A stretch of DNA of 64,000 nt from Thermoplasmatota archaeon (lineage in GTDB: Archaea > Thermoplasmatota > Penumbrarchaeia > Penumbrarchaeales > EX4484-36): contig JAOZQA010000003.1 of the NCBI GenBank assembly GCA_029932465.1, forward strand, positions 6,477 to 70,476, read 5' to 3'. The position numbers and the translations under genes were made by a program. Positions 1 to 9,600 of this stretch are shown here, piece by piece. A model generated the notes under the pieces. That model was given only the letters and a program-made list of their open reading frames with translations. It searched no databases and was not told where the DNA came from. Position 1 is the stretch's first letter. Every line of letters begins with the position of its first letter.

Positions 1-1
1 T

Positions 2-592
2 CTGCTGAAAATGCTGTTCAGATTGTTTCTTAAGGAGGTGGGAATAATTCTCAACATAACTACGTTGAGCGAGAAGCTCCATGTTAGCAAGGAAAATATG
101 AGGCATCACCTCTTTCTCCTGGAATTCAGTAAGGTGATAAGGATAATCAGGAACTACCGTCCGTCAGTGTTTGCTGAATCACGGAAGCTGCAGAAGGTAT
201 ATCCCTACCACCCCGCGCTGGCGTATGCATATTATGACGATATAAACGAAGACAAAGTTGTGGAGAGCCTCGTGCTCAGCAAACTGGGAATCCAGCATTA
301 TTTCAGAGAGAGAAGCAGGGAGGTGGATTTTCTGAAAGTTGATAAGAATGGCATCCTGCCCATAGAGGTTAAAAATACAAAGAAAGTGGAGGCCACAAAA
401 CTCATGTCTCTTCAATGGTTTATGAGCAAATATAATATCTCCAAAGCGTGGGTTATCTATCTTGGGGATGACAAAATCGAAAAACAAAACGGAATTACAG
501 TTCACTATAAATCTCTCTACAAATTGCTGTATTCAGGCATTGAAGGAGGGAATGACACCGGGTTAAGGACTGCCTCTTATAGAGACCTTTGA
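2..592 (+). CDS. C-terminal part of a COG1373-type AAA+ ATPase (winged-helix plus DUF4143 / PD-(D/E)xK-like tail). The 5' end is cut by the window edge.
   Basis: The reading frame is open to the window edge. The C-terminal block EVDFLKVDKNGILPIEVK resembles the nuclease-like DUF4143 tail of archaeal COG1373 ATPases. The first ~600 nt are AT-rich, unlike the rest of the window. Confidence 0.4.
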   Translation: MLKMLFRLFLKEVGIILNITTLSEKLHVSKENMRHHLFLLEFSKVIRIIRNYRPSVFAESRKLQKVYPYHPALAYAYYDDINEDKVVESLVLSKLGIQHYFRERSREVDFLKVDKNGILPIEVKNTKKVEATKLMSLQWFMSKYNISKAWVIYLGDDKIEKQNGITVHYKSLYKLLYSGIEGGNDTGLRTASYRDL

Positions 593-852
593 TTCTCTCT
601 TCAATAGTACTTTGGCTTCCACAGACTGAAGGGGAGTATATCTCCGTCCTCTATGTTCATGAGCATATCAAATAGACACATCGGTCCAAGATCTCCAAAG
701 CTTGATCCATGTCCGAAGGGTGATCTACGATCGGAGAGGAGTGGAGATGATGGAATGGTTATATAACAAAACCTGTATAATGCGATGAAAGAGGGTCCTG
801 GAGGGGGGTTATAATCAATAGGGAGCTCTTTTTGACGGGCGTTTAGAAAAAG

Positions 853-862
853 TTTAAATAAA
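853..862 (+). promoter_or_regulatory. TATA box (TTTAAATAAA) about 27 nt upstream of the ATG at 885; leaderless promoter of the beta-CASP RNase gene
   Basis: AT-rich octamer in an otherwise GC-rich spacer. The distance to the start codon fits the archaeal TATA-to-TSS spacing. Confidence 0.35.
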
Positions 863-884
863 ATGCATCTTGAAGGGGGCCACC

Positions 885-2117
885 ATGAAAGCGACGTTCC
901 TGGGGGGAGCCACAAAGGTGGGAAGCCTTGCCATGGTGATGCAGGTAGACGGCATGAGGCTTCTCTTTGAATACGGCATGACCCCTTCGAAGCCCCCGGA
1001 GTACCCCCTCCCCTTGGCCGAACCTGTGGACGCTCTGTTCCTCACCCACGCACACTTAGACCATTCGGGGATGCTCCCCTATGCTGTGGCGGAATATCAG
1101 ATCCCCTATACCGCCACCCCTCTGACGAACGACCTCATCCAGATTCTTTTGGAGGATAGCTTGAAAGTGAGCCGCTACGAGGGCTACCCGCAGAAATACA
1201 CAATAGGGGACATGAAGCTTATGAGGGAGTACTATACTCCCGTGAGAGAGGGCGAGAGCTTGATTTTGAATGACGTGGAGATCAAAGTTCTCTCCGCCGG
1301 GCACATCCCGGGGTCCCTCATGTACCTTGTTGATGGGGAGAGAAGCGTTCTCTTCACCGGGGACATAAACACCATTGACACTAACCTCGTCAGCGGAACA
1401 AGGGCTCCCCGATGCGACACCCTCATCATCGAATCCACTTATGCCGGGAGGGAACATGAGCTGAGGGAGAAGACCATCTACCGCTTCCTTGGAAAGGTGG
1501 AGGAGGTGGTAGACCGCGGAGGGGTTGCAATTGTGCCGGCCTTCGGGCTAGGGAGGACCCAGGAGCTCCTGCTCATACTTCAGAAGAGCGGCTACAGGAT
1601 ATGGGTTGACGGTATGGGAAAGAGGATATCGTCGGTATTGCTAAAGAACCCCTCTGAGGTCAAGAACACCCGCAGGCTCAGGAAGGCGCTAGCCGATGCC
1701 CACCTGATAAGGAATCCCAAACAAAGAAAGAAGGCGCTTAAAGGGGACGTGATCATAACGACAAGCGGGATGCTTGACGGTGGCCCGGTTATTGAATACG
1801 TTATCAAGCTTAAAGACAATCCAAAAAACGCAATACTCCTCACAGGGTATCAGGTGGAAAACACCAACGGGAGAAGGCTTCTTGAGAAGGGGACCATGGA
1901 GCTTGCGGGGGTTGAAGAGAAGATAAACATCGATGTTGAGTTCTTCGACTTTTCTGCCCACGCTGGACACTCCCAGCTGGTTGAGTTCATACGGGAGAGC
2001 AAGGCGGAGAAGGTGCTCCTGATGCACGGAGATAACAGGGAGGAGCTCAAAGAGGCTGTGGATGACGGCAGCAGAGAGGTCATACTGCCTGAAGAGGGCA
2101 AGAGCGTGGAGCTCTGA
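885..2117 (+). CDS. Metallo-beta-lactamase / beta-CASP ribonuclease, short aCPSF2 / RNase J-like form
   Basis: HAHLDHSG (HxHxDH) motif, beta-CASP core, and the C-terminal H in LMHGD. About 410 aa with no KH domains. Start taken at ATG 885 rather than the upstream TTG at 870. Confidence 0.8.
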   Translation: MKATFLGGATKVGSLAMVMQVDGMRLLFEYGMTPSKPPEYPLPLAEPVDALFLTHAHLDHSGMLPYAVAEYQIPYTATPLTNDLIQILLEDSLKVSRYEGYPQKYTIGDMKLMREYYTPVREGESLILNDVEIKVLSAGHIPGSLMYLVDGERSVLFTGDINTIDTNLVSGTRAPRCDTLIIESTYAGREHELREKTIYRFLGKVEEVVDRGGVAIVPAFGLGRTQELLLILQKSGYRIWVDGMGKRISSVLLKNPSEVKNTRRLRKALADAHLIRNPKQRKKALKGDVIITTSGMLDGGPVIEYVIKLKDNPKNAILLTGYQVENTNGRRLLEKGTMELAGVEEKINIDVEFFDFSAHAGHSQLVEFIRESKAEKVLLMHGDNREELKEAVDDGSREVILPEEGKSVEL

Positions 2118-2199
2118 GGGAATCACAACTCCACAAAACGTTTATATAGAGACTTCTGGTTTAACGCACTACCTCACAGTTTAAAAAGAGGTGTATCGT

Positions 2200-5100
2200 A
2201 TGCGTTTGAGATACCGTGGAAGCACCTGTTATACTGGAAGGCTCGCATTCAACCTCTTTATGGCCCTTGTCCTTCTCCTGCCCCTGATCAAATTCCCCGG
2301 GGCTGGAGGAGATCATCAGGTGGCAGAATCCCCTGCCCCCCCCTCTGTACGCGATGCTGAAGGCTGGATCACCTACATGGGGGACCTTCAGCACACGGGA
2401 GTTACCACCTCGGAGATGCCGCTTAAGCCCGAGGTGCTCTGGAGAGCCTCAGTGCCCCATCACACCCGCTCGTCCCCGCTTATATACAACGGCAGGGTGT
2501 ACATCGGTTCCGGGGACGGGAAGCTATACTGCTTTGACATTCAAGACGGCAGACTGCTCTGGACTTTCAGCACATACATAAACCAGTCCAACCCGGGGGG
2601 CGAGATCCGCTACACACCCACCCTCCAAAGAGGAGTTATATATATCACCACGGAGAGCTACGGCATCTATGCGGTGAACGCCACGACTGGGAGACTCATC
2701 TGGTATACCATCATGCCTGTGAGGTCCGTCTCTAGAACGCCGTCTCTTGCCGGGGATGTAATGGGAATCTCCGGAGCCAGGGTGGATAAGGCTTATTTTT
2801 ACGGCATAAATGCTTCAGGCGGCAGTGTCCTTTGGACCTTTGAGTTCTCCTCCCTCGTGGTGGGAATCGCTGGGGAGCCCGCCACCGATGGGGAGTTTTT
2901 CTACTTTGGAACAGATGCAGGCTACTTCTACGCCCTGGATAAGGACGGATTCGCAGACGGAAACGATGGGTATCAGGGGGAGACCAACACCACGTTGAGG
3001 GACGGCGATGTGGTGTGGGTATACAATGCCACCAGGCCGGTGGATGGCTCACCCACAGTAGCTGGAGGAGTAGTGCTCTTCGGCGACAGAGGTGGCTATC
3101 TCCACTGCCTGAACCGTCTAACAGGAGAGCCGCTCTGGGTGAAGAAGGTGGGTGATATGATATCAGCGGCTCCGGCGGTCTACCAGGGTAAGGTCTACAC
3201 CCTCACAATGAGCCTCTATTACATTGGCGGCTTCCCCTACCGCGGCACTAAACTTGCGGCCCTGAGGCTCACTGATGGATCTGAGATCTGGAACTACACA
3301 CGAACCAAGCCCCCCGAAGGGTCCGCTCCCGTCACCAACGGCAGGTACATCACCTTCGGTCTAGCGGACTCTAAGCTCTATCTGATAAATGCCACGGACA
3401 TCAGGCTTACGGAGGAGAACAGGGAGATCTGGAGGATAGATCTGGGGGCGCCCGTGCGAACGGTACCCGCAGTCTCAGACGGCAGGATAGCGGTCGCTAC
3501 TAATGGATCGGTTTACATGCTAGGGGTGCCGGAGATATACCTCTATCAGGTGACCTCCTCCAGCTATCTCCCGTATCACGGCGAGATGGCAGACTTCACA
3601 GCCCACCTCTGGAACAACGGTACTGTGGGGGCGGAAGTGAACGTCTCCTTCTGGAGGACCAATGCCAGAAACAAGCCGAAGGTACTTTTGGGTTATAAGG
3701 GAGTATATATCCCCCCAAGGTCATTCGGCGAGGTTACCATCACTGCACCTGTAGACATATCAACCCCTTACGTCTGGGCTCTTGTGGAGTCGACGTATCC
3801 AAGGGATCCCAGGCTTGAGAGAACCCCTGTGGGGGCACGGCTGAACCTCACGGTCCTCAGCCAGATTGAATGGGGATGGTACACCCCGGGGAAGAATAAC
3901 TTCGGCAACCTTTACGTCCCCCAGAGCCCTACATCAACAAAAGAATACTGGCATGTGGACCTCCCTGGTACGCCAGAGGGGGAGCCTCTCGTTATCAAAG
4001 GAGCGGTTGTGGTAGCTACCCAGCAGGGTCTTGTGAGGGCCTACTCCCGATATCTTGCGGGGGGTTCGGATGCTCCAACTATCCTCTGGGAGTGGCAGGC
4101 GCCCCAGGGTCTCTCATGTCCCCCTGTGGCTCTAGCATCAACTGTCTACTCCCCCTCAGACAAGGATATCGTCATTGTCCCTCTTCAAGGTGGGGAGGTC
4201 TGGGCCCTTGACCTCAGCGGCTTTATGGACATCTCCCAGCCCGGGGGCCCCAACGACGGCCCCTACACCTCGGAGCCGAGCCCCCAGGGAACTCACGCAG
4301 ATATCGTATGGTCGGCTTCCCTGCCGGGAGAGGTGAAGAGGGTAATGCCGGCCTTCGGAAGAATTTACGTTCTTACAGCTGAAGACACCCTCTATGCCCT
4401 TGACGATGACAACGGAACTGTCACCCTCACCCTGCCTCTTCAGGAGATCACGGATGTTCTATTCGGCGAGCGATACCTATACGTTGCCAACTCCTCGGGA
4501 GCTCTGCTCTTCATGGAACCTGCAACTGGAAAGGTGGTTTACAGCCTCAATCCCACCAATGAATCAATAACCCATCTCCGATACTCCTCGGGGTGGCTAT
4601 ACACCCTCACTGAAACCCACCTGATCGCACTGGACGGAGACCCTGATGACAACTCCGACGGGAAGATAGACATAAATGATACCGATGAGGGGATGACCGA
4701 CGCGGAGGTGGGTCCTATGGACCTCATTTTCGTCACCAACCTCACCGCCTCTCCGACGGGGTTCTTCTGTAGTGGTGAAGACCTCGTACTCATAGGCGAG
4801 GAGGACGGGATTGAGGTCTATGATGTTGAGAAGCGCTCTATGAGATACCGCGTGGAGGAGGACTTCCGCGGGTTTGTTGGAGCTTCCAAGTCTCTAATCC
4901 TCTACAGTTCCAGCGGGGTGAGCCTTCTCACTCTTCCCCCCACTCCAAGCCTCCCTGAGACGCTCTGGTCAGTCAGCATAGAGGCCTTCTCCCTCTCCTT
5001 CCTTGACGGCTATCTGTACATCTACAGGCCCGGGGGTCTCACGGTTCTTGGCTCTGAGAACAAACCCCCTTGGGTCTCTATAAACTCCCCCCGGGAAGGC

Positions 5101-6480
5101 GATGTCTTCTTTACAGAGGAGGAGATTGAGGTGGATCTGGGAGGAAGCTATGACCCGGACGGAGACGAGATAACCTTTGTGATAATCTCTGACAAGGAAG
5201 GAGTTCTCTATCGTGGCGGGGCCGACGGTGCGTCCATTGTCTTCTCGGAGGAGGGAAGGCACTTGCTTACCGTGAGGGCTGAAGACCCCTACGGCAGCTT
5301 TTCCGTGAAGAGGCTGAACGTCACTGCTCTGGAGAAAAAGATAACCCTCTTCCCCTCCCCTGCCCTGAACGTCGCTGTCCTTCTCTGCTACGGCGGCACG
5401 GGGTATGTGGAGTTCTCCGAGGCTGATGTGGCGGGAATTGAGGGAAGGGCACTCGTCCAGCCCGTGAGCATGAGGTTCGTACCTCTTTTTGAGAACGAGC
5501 CCTACCTCATAGCCTGGGCCAACATATCCTTTGACTCCTCTGGGGTCCTTCCGCCTTTTGGGATGAACCTCTCTAGGGCGGGGGTATTCAAGCTTGTGAA
5601 CGAGGAATGGGTTAGGATGAGCGGGGGCAGGGGCCCCGGGGAGAGGGAGTACTGGGCCAACACCACAGAATTCGGAAGCGCTGAGATGACAGTGGTTGCT
5701 GGGATCCTGGACAACCAGAGGCCATCTCTTTTCGGAGGGACGGCCACCCGGCTCAGAAGGGGAGTGTACGACTTCTCGATCTATTATCTGGACTACGACG
5801 ACGATGAGCCCTTAGAGGTGGTACTGGTTGTGGATAACCAGACCGAGTACAGCATGGTCCAGGAGGACCCCTTCGCCTATGAGTACGCCAAAGGCGTGAA
5901 GTTCGTAGCTCGCTCCGTGCGGGTGCCCCGGGGCGGAGGGGAGTGGCACACCTACTACTTCTATGCCAGGGACAGCTACCTTGGTGGGAAGAGCAGGTAT
6001 TATTCGCTTCACATACTGCCCAATCACCCGCCGGTTCCGGTCCCCGGGGTTTCCATGAAGGTGAAAGTGAACCAATTCGTGACCTTCAATGGGAGCCGAT
6101 CCTATGATCCCGACGGCGACCCCCTCTCTTACTACTGGGATTTTGACATAAGGGACGGTTTCCAGGTGGAGAAGGAGGGGGCGGTGGTGGTTTGGATGTT
6201 TACCGAACCTGGAAACTATACTGTGACACTTAAGGTAGACGACGGTGAGCTCAACGCCACGGCGTACATTCATGTGGAGGTGTACGAGCCGGAGAAGGCA
6301 AGCCCGCGAGGCCCCTCTGTCCTTTTAGGAGCCGCAATCCTCATGCTTGTAGTGATAATCTTCGTGGCGGTATTCCTTCTTGTAAGGAAGCACAGAGAAG
6401 AGGCTGAAATTGAACGCATGTGGGAGGCGGAAGAAGAGGAGAGTGCGACCTATCGCAGGAAAGGCAAAATCGAGGAGTGA
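2200..6480 (+). CDS. Large surface protein: N-terminal signal/TM, PQQ-like beta-propeller repeats, two PKD domains, C-terminal TM anchor with a charged tail
   Basis: Repeated G-x-(V/L)Y-x-G-S-x-DG-x-LY-a-L/D-x-x-(T/D)G and W-propeller blades in the first ~600 aa. PKD signatures GGSYDPDGDEITF and FNGSRSYDPDGDPLSYYWDF. C-terminal LLGAAILMLVVIIFVAVFLLV followed by KHREEAE. More than 20 N-x-S/T sequons. SD AAGAGGTG lies 7 nt before ATG 2200. Confidence 0.7.
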   Translation: MRLRYRGSTCYTGRLAFNLFMALVLLLPLIKFPGAGGDHQVAESPAPPSVRDAEGWITYMGDLQHTGVTTSEMPLKPEVLWRASVPHHTRSSPLIYNGRVYIGSGDGKLYCFDIQDGRLLWTFSTYINQSNPGGEIRYTPTLQRGVIYITTESYGIYAVNATTGRLIWYTIMPVRSVSRTPSLAGDVMGISGARVDKAYFYGINASGGSVLWTFEFSSLVVGIAGEPATDGEFFYFGTDAGYFYALDKDGFADGNDGYQGETNTTLRDGDVVWVYNATRPVDGSPTVAGGVVLFGDRGGYLHCLNRLTGEPLWVKKVGDMISAAPAVYQGKVYTLTMSLYYIGGFPYRGTKLAALRLTDGSEIWNYTRTKPPEGSAPVTNGRYITFGLADSKLYLINATDIRLTEENREIWRIDLGAPVRTVPAVSDGRIAVATNGSVYMLGVPEIYLYQVTSSSYLPYHGEMADFTAHLWNNGTVGAEVNVSFWRTNARNKPKVLLGYKGVYIPPRSFGEVTITAPVDISTPYVWALVESTYPRDPRLERTPVGARLNLTVLSQIEWGWYTPGKNNFGNLYVPQSPTSTKEYWHVDLPGTPEGEPLVIKGAVVVATQQGLVRAYSRYLAGGSDAPTILWEWQAPQGLSCPPVALASTVYSPSDKDIVIVPLQGGEVWALDLSGFMDISQPGGPNDGPYTSEPSPQGTHADIVWSASLPGEVKRVMPAFGRIYVLTAEDTLYALDDDNGTVTLTLPLQEITDVLFGERYLYVANSSGALLFMEPATGKVVYSLNPTNESITHLRYSSGWLYTLTETHLIALDGDPDDNSDGKIDINDTDEGMTDAEVGPMDLIFVTNLTASPTGFFCSGEDLVLIGEEDGIEVYDVEKRSMRYRVEEDFRGFVGASKSLILYSSSGVSLLTLPPTPSLPETLWSVSIEAFSLSFLDGYLYIYRPGGLTVLGSENKPPWVSINSPREGDVFFTEEEIEVDLGGSYDPDGDEITFVIISDKEGVLYRGGADGASIVFSEEGRHLLTVRAEDPYGSFSVKRLNVTALEKKITLFPSPALNVAVLLCYGGTGYVEFSEADVAGIEGRALVQPVSMRFVPLFENEPYLIAWANISFDSSGVLPPFGMNLSRAGVFKLVNEEWVRMSGGRGPGEREYWANTTEFGSAEMTVVAGILDNQRPSLFGGTATRLRRGVYDFSIYYLDYDDDEPLEVVLVVDNQTEYSMVQEDPFAYEYAKGVKFVARSVRVPRGGGEWHTYYFYARDSYLGGKSRYYSLHILPNHPPVPVPGVSMKVKVNQFVTFNGSRSYDPDGDPLSYYWDFDIRDGFQVEKEGAVVVWMFTEPGNYTVTLKVDDGELNATAYIHVEVYEPEKASPRGPSVLLGAAILMLVVIIFVAVFLLVRKHREEAEIERMWEAEEEESATYRRKGKIEE

Positions 6481-6605
6481 TCAAACAGCCTTTCAAATAA
6501 CACCTACCTTTGGAGAAGCCTTAAGTATGGGAACTAATATGGGTGGAAGTCCAATCAAGATAATCCCGGGCGCTTCTGCAAAAAGTGATGACAGGGTGAA
6601 AGCGG

Positions 6606-9600
6606 ATGGCGAGGAAGGCGAGAAGAGGCGAAAGAAAAAGAGCCAGAGCAAGACGGGAGATTGCCCTTGGGGGTATTGCAAAGAGAGCCGCTGAGCAGGT
6701 GGCCAGGAGGGAGGAGGAGATACGTGAAGAGCTGGTTAGCCTGAAGGGCTACCTTAGGAGGGAGAGAAGGACTGTTCTCGCCCTGCTTGGCATATTCCTC
6801 CTCGCTTTCTTCCTGCGCACGTACGTGTACTACACCCTATCCTTCGAAAGCTGGCCCCCTGTCACGGCCGGAAACGACCCCTATTACCACAAAAGGGTCA
6901 TAGACTATATTCAGACTTATCATACCCATATAAGACATGACAGCATGCTCAATTACCCGGTGGTGGGAGGAAACCCGAGGCCCCCCATATTCGACTGGTC
7001 TATAGCACTTCTCGGAATGCTACTTGGCCCCATGTTCGGTGGCGCTAGAGCGGTGACGTGGATCATATTTGAGTTCTACCCTGCCTTCTGGGGCGCCCTC
7101 ACAGTGATCCCAGTATACTTGCTAACCAAACAGGCATTCGATAAGAAAAGCGGACTCCTGGCATCGCTTTTCATCGCCCTCACACCGGCGCACATCGAAA
7201 GGTCCCCCTTAGGTTTCTCCGACCACGACTCTTTTGTCGTCTTCTTTGTGGTACTCTCTCTCTACTTCCTTACCCGCTCCTTCTCCCATCTGCCCGAGAA
7301 GAAGTGGGTGGCGGATTATAGGAAACCTTCTGAGGTGATCTTGGGTCTGAAGAGGTTCTTCGAGGAGAACAAGCTCGTCACCGGATATGCCCTTCTTGCG
7401 GGTCTCTCTCTCTCGGCCATAACGCTCACCTGGGAGGGGTTCCCCTACATCATGGTCATTCTGGTGGTCTACTATTTCATCCAGCTTCTCATCGACCGCT
7501 TCCGGAACACGGACTCTTTGGGGCTTTTCATCGTTATGACAATTGTTCTTGGACTCCCCATGTTCCTCTCCCTGCCCTACTACTACCTGTTCTCTATAAC
7601 CACCTGGATGGTAGCGTTTTTCCTTCTCCTTGCGGTGCTCTTCCTGGGCCTTATCATTGTTCCCACGAGGGACTACCCCTGGCTCCTGGTCCTGCCCACC
7701 CTAGGCGTCATCATCGCAGTGGTATACCTAATCCTCGCCAAGGGCTTCCCTGAGATGGCCCAGCTCATATTCACTGGCAGGGGCTATTTTGTGAAGAGCA
7801 AGCTGTACAGCACAATCGCTGAGGCACAGCCTCCAGATATAAGCAGGGTGATATTCTCCTTCGGCGTGGCGGGTTTCTTCTTAGCCCTCACAGGCATTCT
7901 CCTCTCAATAATGCAAATACCCAAGAACCTCAAACGGGACTACCTTCTCATTGTGGTTTGGACCACCGTAGCAATATATATGGCCTTAAGCGCCGTGCGT
8001 TTCGTCTTCAACGCCACCCCCGCCTTCGCAGTCCTTGCGGGATGGGTCACCTGGAGAATCGTTGAGAAGTTCGATGCTAAGATGCAGAGCCTTTCACTCT
8101 CCCTTCTCGGCGCCGGGACATTCCTTGTGAACCTTGGCATCATAAGTTATGCTTCCGACAAAGGTCTAACGGATGAGTTCTACGTCAAATATTTCCCCTA
8201 CATCGTCTTCGCTATCGCCCTGGCGATTGGATACGGCTACTATCTGCACATGAAGTACAGGGTCAAAAACCCCCGATTCAAGCTGAGGAAGGTTACCGTA
8301 GGCGTGCTTGTGGGCTTCTTTATAATGTACCCCTACGTGGTGGTGGCTTCCGACGCTGCGGTTCCTTATGAGAAGAAGCGCGACATAGACCCTACAGGGG
8401 AGTACATGGGTGCCTTCGGCCACAGCCTCCCCGGGGAGTACTGGATTGCCTCTTTTGACTGGCTTTCAAAGCAGGACGCAGACCTTCCCCCGGAGGAGAG
8501 ACCTGCCTTTATATCCTGGTGGGATTATGGGTTCTGGTGCGTCTATATGGGGCAACACCCCACAGCAGCGGACAACTTCCAGTACGGGTATCAGTTTGCA
8601 GGCTCCTTCATCGCCTCCACAGATGAGGATGAAGCCATCGCCTTGATGATAGCTAGGATATTAGAAGGAGACTTCATAGGAAATCAGGGTGAGTTCTCAA
8701 AGGAAGTAGCCGATATTATGAAGGATTACCTCAACTACACTACTGACCCCTCAGACTACATGAGGCTTGTTGACATCTACTCCCACCCGGACAAATATGT
8801 TGATGAGGTGGAGGCTCGCCCTGAAGTGTATGGCCACTACGTGGACATAACTCCCATGAATGCTAAATACGCCGCCGCTAAGGTCCTCATACTCTCTGGA
8901 GGAGAGGAGAGGATGGTGGAGCTCTACGGGAGGCTGAGGGAGGCCACTGGCAAATCCCTCCGGTATTTTGCCGTGGACTCCAGACTCTTCCCCTTCAGCG
9001 CCAGCAACACGGGGATTTTCTACGCTCCCATAAAGCTAGCGGACAGGGATCTGAACGACTACTTAGAATATTACGCCTACGCACAGAAGAATTACGGGAC
9101 TGATCAGAACCCTGACTGGAGGGACCTTCCCGACAACCCCATCTCAATGGACGAGCTTGAGAAATGGGCGAAAGATGAGCCTCACAAATACAGGGTCAAA
9201 AGATATGAACTACACTACACGGAGAACTTCTACAAATCCATGTTCTACAAGGCCTACATTGGCTATGGGCCGGAGGACATCGGTATGAGCATGGACGGGG
9301 TCTCCGTACCTGCCATGAAGGGGTCACTGCAGAACTATCCGCCCATGCAGGGCTGGAACATGAGCCACTTCCGCCTAGTCTACAGGACTATGTACTGGTC
9401 GCCCAAGGACGAGAAGAACTCCACCACGGAGGACTACATACCTATGTCTTACAAGGAGGCTGTAGAGAAGTACGAGAAGGAGGGGGGCGACATAAAGTCC
9501 GGTCTCGGGCAAGGAGTTTACTACCTCAAGTATTACGACGGGGCAGTCATAAGCGGAAGGGTCCTTACAAAGAGCGGGGTTCCGGTGCCGGGGGTGAGAA

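Noticed and set aside
601-915. 104-aa minus-strand ORF in the spacer before the beta-CASP gene
   Set aside because: It covers the TATA box and start codon of the RNase gene. It is Pro/Ser-rich with no motifs. It is likely spurious.
6410-6694. 94-aa ORF (MNACGRRKKRRVRPIAGK...) spanning the PQQ-protein stop and the AglB start
   Set aside because: It has low-complexity basic sequence, overlaps two well-supported genes in another frame, and has no SD or TATA. It is probably a frame artefact of the GC-rich region.
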